In this document: in pieces, positions 17,079 through 28,031 of the stretch
Numbering within the stretch: the stretch's first letter is position 1
Layout: each line of letters opens with the position of its first letter
Assembly: GCA_047947115.1 (NCBI GenBank)
Contig: CP170459.1
Span: 3,488,001-3,552,000 of the forward strand
Source: Verrucomicrobiota bacterium
GTDB lineage: Bacteria; Verrucomicrobiota; Verrucomicrobiia; Limisphaerales; AAA164-E04
Direction of reading: 5' to 3'
DNA length: 64,000 bases
The notes under the pieces: generated by a model
Seen by the model: only the letters and a program-made list of their open reading frames with translations
Told to the model about the DNA's origin: nothing
Database searches by the model: none
Translations under genes and position numbers: made by a program

Positions 17079-20000
17079 TCAGGGCTGCATTGCAGGCAGT
17101 GTGAATGCCCTTTTCTGGCGATATCCATTCACTCGTTGCTGGATCTGTGTGGTTTGCTGGCTTCCGGATGGAAGATGTTGCAATGCTCTTTGGGCTGTTC
17201 GTATGGCCAGATCAAATTGACCATCGGCTGCATAGGCCGCGGCGAGGACATCCAATGTTTCCGGCGCCTGGTTTCCGGTTTGCTCGCATGCCTTCCTGGC
17301 AAGCTGAATGGCTTGAGAGGGGCTCAACAGTTCCGGCTCCGGAGCAGTTGCCAACAGCCATCCCAAAGCAGCGGTGGCTCTCAAATGTTCCGCATCCATC
17401 TCCAGAACCCGGCGATAGTCGGCCATCGCAGATTTGAACCGTCCCGAGGACTGGAAAAACATGGCTCTCGCGTATGGGTGTTCGGTGTCGTGTGGCGCGA
17501 GTCTGATGGCTTCGTTGAATAATTCTTCCGCCAAGGAAACATCAGAGGTCGAGGCTTCCATTGCCGCATTTCTGCAGAGAAGGGATGCCCTTTCTTTTTC
17601 GCCTGGATGGATCAGCTCTACCTTGGCCAGGTAGTCGGCCAAATCGGAAAAGCGTTTCTTTTCTCCCAGGATGGTTGCCAGAGCCAAATGGTCGGGAGGA
17701 TAGGGTTCCACATACCATCTGCCTGCATAGGGAACCGCGTGCTGCCGGTCATGACCTTGGCGGAAAAGTGTTTGGGTGTCTGTGGTCAGGGTGTCCAATG
17801 TCGGGCTGCCTTCGTAAAATGCCAGCAATCTGTTTTCTTCATCGAGCAGGAGGGAGCAGGGGATGGACCAGGTCCATTGTCTGCCAAGGATGGTTTCACG
17901 CGCGGCATCTGCAATTTCCATCAATGAAGAGGTTGCCAACCCGCTGTTCAGGGTCCAGTTTTGGCGGCGCCACATGCGCTGCACGGTGCTCATTCGCTCA
18001 GGCGACGGTTTGTTCAGGTCATCCAGGTTCAGCGGTAAAATATCCAATCCCTGCTTGGACAGGTTTTCTTGATGCCGGTTGAGCTGGGTGAGTTCCTGGA
18101 CGCATGGCAGACACCAGGTCGCCCACAGGACGATCAACTTCCTTCGGCCAGTGGCGGTTAACTGTTTGTCAGTCCCTTCTTTATCCACGTAAGAAATCGT
18201 TGGCAAGGGCAAGGGACTGTGAGGAATCATTCTACTGACTTTTGGTGCGGGCAAATCCGGGGCTTTGGACGGTATCAGGTTCTGCCGGATTCGGGGCGAG
18301 CCCAGCGAGGTGGGTTCAGCCTCGTTTTGAGTCAGTTGCAGGAGCGTTGCGTTTGCCGGAGGTGTCCAGGATTGGTTCCGACCATTGGGCCAGCGCACTT
18401 TGATGGTTGATACGGAGCCGTCCGTCCCCAGGCCGAAATGCAGGCTCTGGCTGGACTGTGCCAGGTAACCTTCACCGGCCCTCAAAGTGCGCACCTGACG
18501 TTGCCCGGCAGCATCAACAACCTCGACTCTTGATCCGATTCCATGCCGGTTGCCATTGAGACTTTGCAATTGGATGCGGAGGGATTTTGCTGCCGAATGA
18601 TTGTCGTTTCGAAGAAATCTAAGCCGAGGTGCAGTGCGCTGAGTGATCCAGAGATCCAGATCTCCGTCATGATCCCAATCGACCAGAGCCATGCCCCGGC
18701 CGTCCGCAGGGGAATCAAATCCGGTCAAGGCAGACACCCCCGCAAATCTTCCATCCCGGGTGTTCAGAAAGGCGACGTTGCGTTCGTTTCCGCTCCAGTT
18801 ATGCCCGCTTTCGACCAGATCGGCGGTGGCTTCCCATGCGGCGAGGTAGCCGTCGGCCGAGTTTTCGGTCTGGTTGTTGGTGGGGGCTTCCTCCGGTGAT
18901 TGCGACGTGACCCGCCGCCAGAAGAAACTTCACAAATCCCCGGTATCGGGCGTACCGGTGACCATTCCATTTGCCACAATCAGGTCCTCCCACCCATCAT
19001 TATTGAAGTCGACAAAATTTGAACTCCATGCCCAGCGTCCGAGAGTGACACCCGCTTCCTCGCTGACATCCAGAAAGGTTCCGTCCCCCTGGTTTGAAAA
19101 CAGGCTGTTTCCTCTGGCGTGTCGTTGAAACCCGGATGCATCCTGTCCGTCGCGGTAACGGCGCTGAAATGCGATGCGATTGCCCGCCGAGGAGAACATG
19201 TTTCCCACATAGAGGTCCATCCAGCCGTCGCGGTTGAAATCCCCCCAACTCACCGACATGCCCGCTGACAAATCTTCCACGCCTGCTTGTGCGGCGATGT
19301 CGGTGAAGTGACCTCCGTCATTGCGATACAAATTGTTTCTTCCAAAATCATTGGCAACGTACAAATCAGGATCCCCGTCATTATCAAAATCCTCCCAAGA
19401 AGCGGCGTAGCTGAATCGTTGGTTGTTCTGATTCAATCCTGTTTCGGTCGTGACATCGTCAAACTGCCATCGCCGGTTTCGAAGCAGGAAGTTCTGCACG
19501 CCATTGTTTGCGTCGTGGTAGGGCATGGGGCGTCCCAGACCTAACCGGTCTCCGGATCGATCATAGTAGCCGCACAAAAAAACGTCCAGCAGACCGTCCA
19601 CGTCATAATCGATGGCTGAGATTGAGCGTATGATGGAGTTCGAAGAGAATTGAGTGCGTCGTTCGAAATGTCCCGTTCCATCATTGGCAAAGAACAGGAC
19701 ATGGCGACCGGATGCCATGACCAGATCCAGATCTAGATCATTGTCCAGATCCACCAGCAGCGCGCTGGCGGTGGGTTCCAGATAATCCAGCCCTGCTTCC
19801 GCTGACGCATCCAGGACGGTACCATCTTTGTTTTGCATCAGCAGTCGATTGGGCAGGCCTCCAGGTTCGCAGACGTAAAGATCTTCCAATCCATCCCCGT
19901 TGACATCGCCGACGGCCAGTCCGTGGGGGCCGGTGACGTCCAGCGTGAAACGCCAGTCCAAATGCTTTCGCCAATGATCGATGCCTCGGAGCAGTGGATC

Positions 20001-20825
20001 CTCCGAATCAGGTGTCCACCCCATGACCGATGCCGTGCAGTCGGCAAACCATGGCGTGTTCCGGTGCGGGGACGTGACTTCCTCATAATCCAGCACTCTG
20101 AGTTCGGTTAAAAGCGGTAGGCCTCCCGGTTTTTTCGCCTGCACCCAGGTACATTCCCAGGTTGCATGCTGCTGCAACGTCACACCGTTTCCGTGACCGT
20201 GAGATTCAACGATCACCACCGTCGTGCTGGTAACCTGGTCCACCGCCACTCGAACGGTTTTGAAATGCATGTCAAAATGCAGGAAAGGAGAATTGTCCGA
20301 TACGTTTATGGGAGATGTCAACTGGATCAACGCCTGTGTGAATCCCGATTGGTTTTGGAAAGCTTTCGGGGCATCGGATGGTTGATTTCTCCGATGCCGC
20401 CAAACTTTGAGCGTGCCATCGTCGAAGCTGAGGGCTTGAGGAGAGGGGCGCAAGGCATCTCCGCTGAAACTGTCGTTGATCATATCGGCCAGGTGCTCCT
20501 GCAGGGCCCGGTTGCCTGCGTGCATGGCCTTGTTCATCTGTTTGAACTGGATGCCTGTTGCGTCGTTGATGACTTCGGTCACCCAGCCATCTGCTCTGGG
20601 GTCGAGGTGCTCCATTTCCCGCGCCACTTCGGGTGCGACCTTCGATTCCGTCAATCCCAGAATTGGAATCGAAGTTTCGCTGACAGGTGACTCCGCTGCC
20701 TTTGCACGAAGGTTGCCAGATCCAATCAACAGGCAGCAAACGAGGGCAAATAGTAACCTGCCCCAGGGCATCCGTGTTTCAGCATGACGGTTCTGATGGA
20801 GGATACTTCTATGGGATTTGTTCAT
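17079..20825 (-). CDS. Putative selenoprotein: FG-GAP/CRTAC1-ASPIC + TlpA-like thioredoxin (WCLPC) + TPR, with in-frame TGA at 18932-18930
   Basis: ORFs 18930-20825 and 17079-18737 are in the same frame. The 64 codons between them are open and read ...DTGDL*SFFWRRVTSQSP...GHNWSGNERNVAFLNTRDGRFAGVSALTGFD, continuing the FG-GAP propeller. A SECIS-like hairpin follows the TGA directly. Confidence 0.8.
18886..18929 (-). promoter_or_regulatory. Bacterial SECIS-like element
   Basis: UGA-AGUUUCUUCUG-GCGGCG-GGUCA-CGUCGC-AAUCAC-CGGAGGAAGC: 6-bp apical stem beginning after an 11-nt spacer, GGU-containing loop, and a 10-bp lower stem with 3 G-U pairs. Confidence 0.75.
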
Positions 20826-21141
20826 ATCTGGTGTGCGGGCATTCTACCGAGGTCTGCTTTTCATTCAAGTTCGAAACTTTACCCCCATGGCAAGGGGATA
20901 CTTGGGGTGGGGCGGGTGCTGATGGGGACTGACATTTCTTTGTTTGATGGATTTGGTCTTGAGGGTGATCCGGATAAAAGTGATTACAGAAATGAACTGA
21001 TCGCCCACTGTGGCTTAAACATGGACATTTTCTGGTAACCTTCAGTATGATTTTCTCATCACTAATCTAAGTATACTCGAATTCGGGGCAATCTGGATTC
21101 CCGTGAGGCAAGTGGCGGTTTATTTGGGTGGTGCATGTTAT

Positions 21142-22611
21142 ATGTTTGATAGTCAGAAAAATAGAGAGAACTTCGCAGGCCTGTTGACTTTACTGTGCGT
21201 TTTAAGCCTGGTGTCCGTTTTGGTGGGGCCGGGTTGTGTGCGTCCTGTGGGATCCCATATGGGACAACATGGGGTGCAAACGCCCGATCAGTTTGGGGGA
21301 CAAGGAGCTTCAGGTCCGGCGTTTGAAGATGGATGGATTACTGATTTTCAAGATGCCTCATTGGAAGCCCTCATCGAGGAGGCGCTGGAGCGCAATTACA
21401 ATCTCCAGGCCGCTGCTGCCCGGTTGGAAGCGGCTCACGCCTCTTTTCAATCCGCCAATGCCGGTTGGAAACCCACTCTCAATCTGAGTCAAAGCGATTC
21501 TCGTAGCAAGACCGTGTTCAATCCGTTTGCCGGTGAATTGCAGAGCCGTTATATCAATCGGTTCGACCTTGGTGTCAACCTGTCCTGGGAGCTGGATATC
21601 TGGGGGCGACTTCGCAGTCAAAGCCGTGCCGCGTTTGCGGATCTGGAAGCGGCTGAAACCATTTACATGTCCGCCTACTTGTCGCTTGCGGCCAATACGG
21701 CGGCCGCCTGGTTCAATCTCATTGAATCGGAATTGCAGGTTAAGTTGAACGAGGAAACATTGGAGAGTTTTGAAGCGAACCTTCAGGTGGTGGAAGAGTC
21801 CTTTAGACGAGGCATCCCAAACCGGGCGCTTGATGTGCGTTTGACCCGCGCCAACGTTGAAAGCGCGCGCAGCAATCTGGCTGTGCGAAAGCGCCAGCGC
21901 GATGCAGCCAAACGTTCTCTTGAGACGATTCTTGGAAGGTATCCGTCGGCGGAAATGGAAGTGAGTCATGCTTTGCCGGTGATCCGTCATGCGGTGCCCA
22001 CGGGTTTGCCTTCCGAATTATTGCTGCGGCGGCCTGATATCCTGACTGCCGAGCGTCAGCTTGCTGCTGCAACGGAACGTCTCAAAGCTTCGCGTCGAAG
22101 TCTGTTGCCATCCATTCGGTTGACATCATCCGCCGGAACAACGAGCAATGAACTTGCGGATCTGCTCGATCCGGAGCGCTTGGCAATATCTTTGGCAGGG
22201 TCCATTTCTCAACCGCTCTACCAGGGGGGACGTTTGCGTGCCAATATTCGTTTGTCGGATGCCCGGGTGAAGGAATCCATGGCCCAGTTTTCGCAGACCG
22301 TCCTGACCGCCTTTCAGGAGGTTGAAACATTACTGGCTGCCGAACATTTTTTACAGGAACAGGAAGCGGCCCTCCGTGCCAGTGCGACCGAATCCATGGA
22401 AGCCGAGCAGCTTGCCAAGGAACAGTATGAGCGGGGATTGGTGGACATCATCACCGTTCTGGAATCCGAAAGACGGGCTTTCAACGCGCGCAGTTCCTTG
22501 TTGAACCTGTCCAATTTACTTTTGCAGAACCGGCTCGACCTGTATCTGGCTCTCGGCGGACATTTCTCTCCTGAGCGTCCTGTCGATGCCACCGAGGAAA
22601 AAGAGCATTAA
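21142..22611 (+). CDS. RND efflux outer-membrane factor lipoprotein (NodT/OprM/TolC family)
   Basis: Lipobox-like LVGPGC, LIEEALERNYNL, SWELDIWGRLR, GLPSELLLRRPDI, LYLALGG. Start at 21103 or 21142. Confidence 0.92.
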   Translation: MFDSQKNRENFAGLLTLLCVLSLVSVLVGPGCVRPVGSHMGQHGVQTPDQFGGQGASGPAFEDGWITDFQDASLEALIEEALERNYNLQAAAARLEAAHASFQSANAGWKPTLNLSQSDSRSKTVFNPFAGELQSRYINRFDLGVNLSWELDIWGRLRSQSRAAFADLEAAETIYMSAYLSLAANTAAAWFNLIESELQVKLNEETLESFEANLQVVEESFRRGIPNRALDVRLTRANVESARSNLAVRKRQRDAAKRSLETILGRYPSAEMEVSHALPVIRHAVPTGLPSELLLRRPDILTAERQLAAATERLKASRRSLLPSIRLTSSAGTTSNELADLLDPERLAISLAGSISQPLYQGGRLRANIRLSDARVKESMAQFSQTVLTAFQEVETLLAAEHFLQEQEAALRASATESMEAEQLAKEQYERGLVDIITVLESERRAFNARSSLLNLSNLLLQNRLDLYLALGGHFSPERPVDATEEKEH

Positions 22612-22639
22612 TCACCTTTAAGAACGACCATTTAGTGAC

Positions 22640-23923
22640 ATGCAGAAATTATTGAAATGGGTTGCCCCGGCCGTGTTTCTGATGCTGTGCATCGGCATTG
22701 CTTCAATCCTGATGGCGACCAAACCCGAACCGCAGCGACGGATCCCACCGACTCCCGTTCCCACAGTGAATGCCATGCGGCTGGCGAAACAGACTTTTCA
22801 GGTCATTGTTCCGTCCCAGGGTGTTGTGCAGGCTAGAACCCGCAGCTCACTGATTCCCCAGGTGAGCGGAGAGATTACCTGGATCTCTGAAAGTTTCAGG
22901 TCGGGTGGTTTTTTCAAGCCGGAAGAAGAACTTGTAAAGATCGATCCACGTGATTATGAGACCGCCTTAGTGGTGGCCAAGGCGACCCTGGCCCAGCGCG
23001 CCAGCGCCTACGAGGTTGAAAAGGCCCAGCATGAACAGGCCAAGGTTAATTGGGGGCGACTCGGAAATGGAGAAAAAGCCTCGGCGCTCGTTCTGCGGGA
23101 ACCTCAACTCGCCGAAGCCAAGGCCCTGATGGAATCCGCAGCCGCCAACGTTGAGCGGGCTGAACGTGATCTGGAACGGACCGTGATCAAAGCGCCCTAC
23201 GAAGGTCGCATCATGGAGAAGAACGTCGATGTGGGGCAGACCGTCTCGCCGGGAACCACCCTTGCCGAAATCTTTGCCACGGATTATGTGGAAATCCGAT
23301 TGCCCCTGAGGAATGAGCATCTTGATTTTGTCGATCTGCCCGAAATGTTCAGGGATTTGAAGCCGCAAGAATCATTGCTCCGGCCGGCCGTGCGATTGAC
23401 GGGGCAATACGGCAGCAGGGATGTGACATGGAACGGACGGGTGGTCCGCACTCAAAGTGCCTTCGATGCCCGGAGCCGGGAACTGTTCGTGATCGCTCAG
23501 GTTGATGACCCTTATGGAAAAGTCGACGAGGAACATCCGCCGCTCAAGATCAACCAGTATGTGCGTGCGGAAATTCAGGGTGACCAGTTGGAGGATGTTT
23601 TTGTGGTCCCGAGGGCTGCATTGAGGAACAACGACGAAGTGGTTTTGATTGGAAAAGACAACAAGATCATCCGTCGAGCGGTGGAAGTGATCTGGAGACA
23701 GGGGGAGCAGGTGGTGATCAGGGATGGTGTTACGGAAGGCGAAGTGTTGTGCCTGTCCTCATTGCTGTTTGCCGCCGACGGGGCCGAAGTGAGGCCTGTG
23801 ATTGAGGGGGAACCGGTCATGATGCCGGACGGCAAGGGCAATCGGGTTCGTCAGGGAAAAACGGAGGAAGGCAAACCCGGTAACGCAAGTCAAACGCAAG
23901 CAAATCAAACAAAGGAACCCTGA
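22640..23923 (+). CDS. RND efflux periplasmic adaptor (membrane fusion protein)
   Basis: N-terminal TM, PQVSGEI, LERTVIKAPYEGRI...VDVGQTVSPG lipoyl halves, VVPRAAL. Confidence 0.92.
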   Translation: MQKLLKWVAPAVFLMLCIGIASILMATKPEPQRRIPPTPVPTVNAMRLAKQTFQVIVPSQGVVQARTRSSLIPQVSGEITWISESFRSGGFFKPEEELVKIDPRDYETALVVAKATLAQRASAYEVEKAQHEQAKVNWGRLGNGEKASALVLREPQLAEAKALMESAAANVERAERDLERTVIKAPYEGRIMEKNVDVGQTVSPGTTLAEIFATDYVEIRLPLRNEHLDFVDLPEMFRDLKPQESLLRPAVRLTGQYGSRDVTWNGRVVRTQSAFDARSRELFVIAQVDDPYGKVDEEHPPLKINQYVRAEIQGDQLEDVFVVPRAALRNNDEVVLIGKDNKIIRRAVEVIWRQGEQVVIRDGVTEGEVLCLSSLLFAADGAEVRPVIEGEPVMMPDGKGNRVRQGKTEEGKPGNASQTQANQTKEP

Positions 23924-26900
23924 TGCATGGCATGATCGCATGGTTCGCGCGCAATGGCGTGGCGGCAAATTTATTGATGGTTGCCATTCTTTTGGCGGGC
24001 GTGAACACGCTTTTCAAACGGATGCCGACCGAGGTGTTTCCTGAATTTGAACTGGACATGATCACTGTGTCCGTGCCTTACCGGGGATCAACGCCTGCCG
24101 AAGTGGAAGAATCGATCGTGATCAAAATCGAGGAAGCCATCCAGGATATTCAGGGAATCAAAAAGATCACCTCCACCGCATCGGAAGGTGCCGGATCGGT
24201 CACGATTGAAGTGGACAAGGGATATGATTCGCGTGAGTTGCTGGACGACATCAAGAATCGGGTGGATTCCATCAACACCTTTCCGGCAGAAACCGAAAAA
24301 CCGATCATCAACCTGGCGCAGCCCCGAGGCGAAGTGATCACTGTCGTTCTGGCGGCGGACATGCATGAGAAGGACCTTCGGGTGTTGGGAGAACAGGTTC
24401 GGGATGAAATATCCAATTTACCCAACATCACCCAGGTCGCTCTGCAAGCTGTCAGGCCTTACGAAATTGCGATCGAAGTGTCCGAACAAACCTTGCAACG
24501 GTATGGGCTCACGCTGGAAGGCATTGCCCAGGCGGTGCGTTCGACATCCATTGATCTGCCGGCCGGCGCGATCAAAACCGAAGGAGGCGAGATTTTGCTG
24601 CGCACCAAGGGGCAGGCTTATGAAGGAAGCGAATTTGCCGACATTGTATTGTTGACCCGAAACGATGGCACGCGCATTACCTTGGGAGACATTTCGAACA
24701 TCAACGACGGGTTTGAGGAAACACCGCTCTTTGCGCGCTGGAATGGCAAGCCCTGCGTGATGATCGCCGTGGCACGTGTCGGGGATCAGAACGCCATTGA
24801 TCTGGCCAATACGGTCAAGGATTACCTCACCGAGCGACAAAAGAGTTTGCCGGACGGAGTGGATTTGGATTTTTGGAACGACCGCTCCCAGATTGTCATC
24901 GGGCGTTTGAATACACTGCTTACCAGTGCGCTGCAGGGTGGTTTTTTGGTTTTTCTGGTGCTTGCCTTGTTTCTGCGGTTGTCTCTTGCGATTTGGGTGT
25001 GTGTCGGCATACCCGTTGCGTTCATGGGGGCCATTGCCTTCATGCCTCAGCTTGGTGTGACCATCAATATCATCAGCCTTTTCGGATTCATTCTCGTGCT
25101 GGGTATTGTCGTGGATGATGCCATTGTGACCGGAGAAAACATTTTCAGCCACTTGCAACATGGGGACGATCCCACCAATGCGGCGGTGACGGGGACGCAG
25201 GAGGTGTCGGTGCCGGTGGTCTTCGGTGTGTTGACCACGGTGGCGGCATTCACCCCCATCATGATGATTGACGGGTTTCGCGGGAAGATATTTGCCCAGA
25301 TACCGCTGGTTGTCATTCCGGTGCTTTTATTCTCACTGGTGGAATCGAAACTGATTCTTCCCGCTCATTTGAAACATATGCGGATTCGCAATCGTGATCG
25401 GAGCAAGTTGGGTTTTTTGACCCGTTTTCAGCGTGTTTTTGCCGATGGTATGGAAGCGTTTGCACGAAATGTATATCGGCCTGTTCTGGCTTTGGCGATG
25501 AAGTATCGCTATCTGACCTTGTCCGGTTTTATCGGGATTTGCCTGGTTCTATTCACATTACTGGTCAGTAACCGCATGATATTCGTGTTTTTTCCACGTG
25601 TTCCGACCGAACGGATCACAGTTCGATTGACGATGCCGCAGGGGACGCCCTCCGAAGTGACCCAGGGGCATGTGAACCACATTTTGGCCAAAGCTCGTGC
25701 ATTGCAGGTGAGAGAGGATTACAAGGAGCCTTCGACCGGTGAAAGCGTGATTGAAAACATCTTGGATGTCGTGGGGGCGTCGGGTTTCACCGGGGGCAGG
25801 GGGCGGAGTTCTGGACAGACCAACGTCGGTGAAGTGGCAATGAACATCACCGAGGCCGAAAGTCGCCAGAATCCATTGACGAGTCAGGACATTGTCGGGG
25901 AATGGCGCCAGTTGATCGGTTTGATCCCGGGGGCTCAGGAACTTAGTTTCCGGGCGGAAATTGGTCGTGCGAGTGATCCGATCGACATCCAGTTGACCGG
26001 TCCCAGTTTTAATGATTTGCAACTGGCAACCGAGGAGGTCAAGGAGCGCCTGGGGCAATACCCGGATCTTTTTGATATCATGGACACGTTTCAGGATGGC
26101 AAACCCGAGCTGAAAATGAAGATCAAACCGGAAGCGGAAATGCTTGGTTTGAGCATGACAGACCTGGCTCGCCAACTCAGGCAATCCTTTTTTGGCAGCG
26201 AAGCTCAGCGTATCCAGCGCGGACGCGAAGACGTGCGTGTGATGGTTCGTTACCCGTTGGATGAGCGTTCTTCTTTGGCCAACCTGGAATCGATGCGGGT
26301 TCGCACGCCCCAGGGCCAGGAAGTGCCGTTTTCCGCCGTTGCCAATGTCGAGCAGGGACGCAGTTTTTCATCCATCACCCGTATCGACAGGAACCGCACC
26401 ATTCGTGTGACGGCGGATGCCGACAAGGAAAAGGCGAATTTGCAGGTCATCCAGGAGGATATCATCAAGTTCATGCCCGAAATTGTCGCCAAATTCCATG
26501 GAATGAGCTTTTCTCTCGAAGGTGAAGCCCGCGAACAGGAGGAATCCTTTGCCAGCGTCTGGTTGGGATCGATCTTTGTCATCTTCACCATCTACTCGCT
26601 GCTGGCCATCCCGTTCAGATCTTATGTTCAGCCCTTGATTGTCATGTCGGTGATACCATTTGGAATAGGGGGAGCAATTGTCGGTCATTTGGTCATGGGG
26701 CATCATCTCAGCATCATGAGCGTTTTTGGGATGCTGGCTTTGTCCGGCGTGGTGGTGAACGACAGTCTGGTGCTGGTGGATTACATCAACCGCAAGCGGC
26801 GTGAAGGTGTTGATCTGCATGATGCGGTGAGCAATGCCGGTGTTGCCCGGTTCAGGGCGATCATGCTGACTTCCTTTACAACCTTTGCCGGGTTGATTCC

Positions 26901-27117
26901 GATCATGTGGGAAAAGAGCACCCAGGCACAGTTTTTGATCCCGATGGCCATTTCATTGGGTTGGGGAATTTTGTTTGCCACTTTTATCACCCTGTTGCTG
27001 GTCCCGATCAATTACCTGCTGCTTGAGGATATCCAGCGGGGAGCCCGCCGATATTTTCGGTGGCAGTTTGGCCTGAAACCCGAAGATTCCAAGTCCGTCA
27101 AATCTGCTCATGCTTAA
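23923..27117 (+). CDS. RND efflux permease (AcrB/AcrD/AcrF family)
   Basis: 1064 aa; WFARNGVAANLLM, LGIVVDDAIVTGENI, GVVVNDSLVLVD, RFRAIMLTSFTT. Start overlaps the MFP stop. Confidence 0.95.
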   Translation: MHGMIAWFARNGVAANLLMVAILLAGVNTLFKRMPTEVFPEFELDMITVSVPYRGSTPAEVEESIVIKIEEAIQDIQGIKKITSTASEGAGSVTIEVDKGYDSRELLDDIKNRVDSINTFPAETEKPIINLAQPRGEVITVVLAADMHEKDLRVLGEQVRDEISNLPNITQVALQAVRPYEIAIEVSEQTLQRYGLTLEGIAQAVRSTSIDLPAGAIKTEGGEILLRTKGQAYEGSEFADIVLLTRNDGTRITLGDISNINDGFEETPLFARWNGKPCVMIAVARVGDQNAIDLANTVKDYLTERQKSLPDGVDLDFWNDRSQIVIGRLNTLLTSALQGGFLVFLVLALFLRLSLAIWVCVGIPVAFMGAIAFMPQLGVTINIISLFGFILVLGIVVDDAIVTGENIFSHLQHGDDPTNAAVTGTQEVSVPVVFGVLTTVAAFTPIMMIDGFRGKIFAQIPLVVIPVLLFSLVESKLILPAHLKHMRIRNRDRSKLGFLTRFQRVFADGMEAFARNVYRPVLALAMKYRYLTLSGFIGICLVLFTLLVSNRMIFVFFPRVPTERITVRLTMPQGTPSEVTQGHVNHILAKARALQVREDYKEPSTGESVIENILDVVGASGFTGGRGRSSGQTNVGEVAMNITEAESRQNPLTSQDIVGEWRQLIGLIPGAQELSFRAEIGRASDPIDIQLTGPSFNDLQLATEEVKERLGQYPDLFDIMDTFQDGKPELKMKIKPEAEMLGLSMTDLARQLRQSFFGSEAQRIQRGREDVRVMVRYPLDERSSLANLESMRVRTPQGQEVPFSAVANVEQGRSFSSITRIDRNRTIRVTADADKEKANLQVIQEDIIKFMPEIVAKFHGMSFSLEGEAREQEESFASVWLGSIFVIFTIYSLLAIPFRSYVQPLIVMSVIPFGIGGAIVGHLVMGHHLSIMSVFGMLALSGVVVNDSLVLVDYINRKRREGVDLHDAVSNAGVARFRAIMLTSFTTFAGLIPIMWEKSTQAQFLIPMAISLGWGILFATFITLLLVPINYLLLEDIQRGARRYFRWQFGLKPEDSKSVKSAHA

Positions 27118-27134
27118 ACACAGGAGACAATGAC

Positions 27135-27482
27135 ATGCCATTACTGCGCCTTCAAACCAATCTCGATCTTGCCCCGGAACATCAATCAGCCCTTTCAGCC
27201 GCGCTCAGTCAAAAAGCAAGTCAGTGGATCGACAAACCTGAAGATTACGTCCAAGTCATACTTGAAACCGGTGTGACGATGCGATTTGGAGGGACCGAAG
27301 ATCCTACTGCCTTTGTCGAGATAAGGAGTCTCGGATTTTACGGGCTGAACCAGGCCGAGATCAGCCACGCCTTATGTGATTTTCTGGATGCTGAATGCTC
27401 TATTTCACCGAACCGGGTTTTTATTAATTTCTTTGATCTGGCCCGTGAAAACTGGGGGTGGGACGGAAAGACCTTTGGGTAA
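27135..27482 (+). CDS. MIF / phenylpyruvate tautomerase family protein
   Basis: MPLLRLQTN (catalytic Pro-1 after Met removal), KPEDYVQV, FGGTEDPTAFVEIRSLG, NRVFINFFD...NWGWDGKTF; RBS AGGAG at 27122. Confidence 0.88.
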   Translation: MPLLRLQTNLDLAPEHQSALSAALSQKASQWIDKPEDYVQVILETGVTMRFGGTEDPTAFVEIRSLGFYGLNQAEISHALCDFLDAECSISPNRVFINFFDLARENWGWDGKTFG

Positions 27483-27536
27483 TAGTTTACCCCATCCCTT
27501 CAACTCGGAATACAAAGTCCCGCCGGATCCTGTTCT

Positions 27537-27764
27537 TTATTTGGTCGCTGGCTTTTCGGTTTCCAGGTCCTCATCATCGGTCGAGACTTGGTTGTTTTCA
27601 GGCTCCGGAGAGAGGTGCTGAGCCCGGCTGTCGAGTGGATTGGAGTAGTGCATTTCCACATAATTTGGTTCAGCGCTTTCTTCCGAGACCGGATCCATGT
27701 TCCAGACCAAAAGGAATGCAACGGCCAAAAAAAACAATGGTAATGGTGCTGTTTGTTCGGACAC
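27537..27764 (-). CDS. Possible small membrane-anchored acidic protein
   Basis: 75-aa ORF with a hydrophobic N-terminus (LFFLAVAFLLVW) and acidic tail, filling an intergenic gap; no family recognised. Confidence 0.3.
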   Translation of the reverse strand: MSEQTAPLPLFFLAVAFLLVWNMDPVSEESAEPNYVEMHYSNPLDSRAQHLSPEPENNQVSTDDEDLETEKPATK

Positions 27765-28031
27765 AGTGCTTTAGCTTGTTTGTTGGTTTGTGTTTTCCTG
27801 TCTAGGTGAATCAACGTTTCACCTCTTTCGGTCAGGTTATCGGCAGTTGAGGCCGGAACTTTAGAATTTTATTTTTGGAATGGACCGGATGGCTTTTTGC
27901 GTCCCATGAAGGCGGTTTGATAATTTTTTCAGCTTTCTTCTAATACCTTTCGTGGTTGGATGTCTTATTCGCATGAGAGAAACAAGCGGATCAGGTGTAT
28001 GAACCTGAGTTAAGGAACAACCAGAAACCGA

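Noticed and set aside
18930..18932. Genome-wide UGA reassignment (alternative genetic code)
   Set aside because: Many ordinary genes here end properly at TGA (purS, purQ, purL, polA, ccoNO).
17079..20825. Pseudogene or two separate genes
   Set aside because: There is a single TGA, no frameshift or decay, and a SECIS-like hairpin at the expected spacing. Read-through is the better explanation, though unproven.
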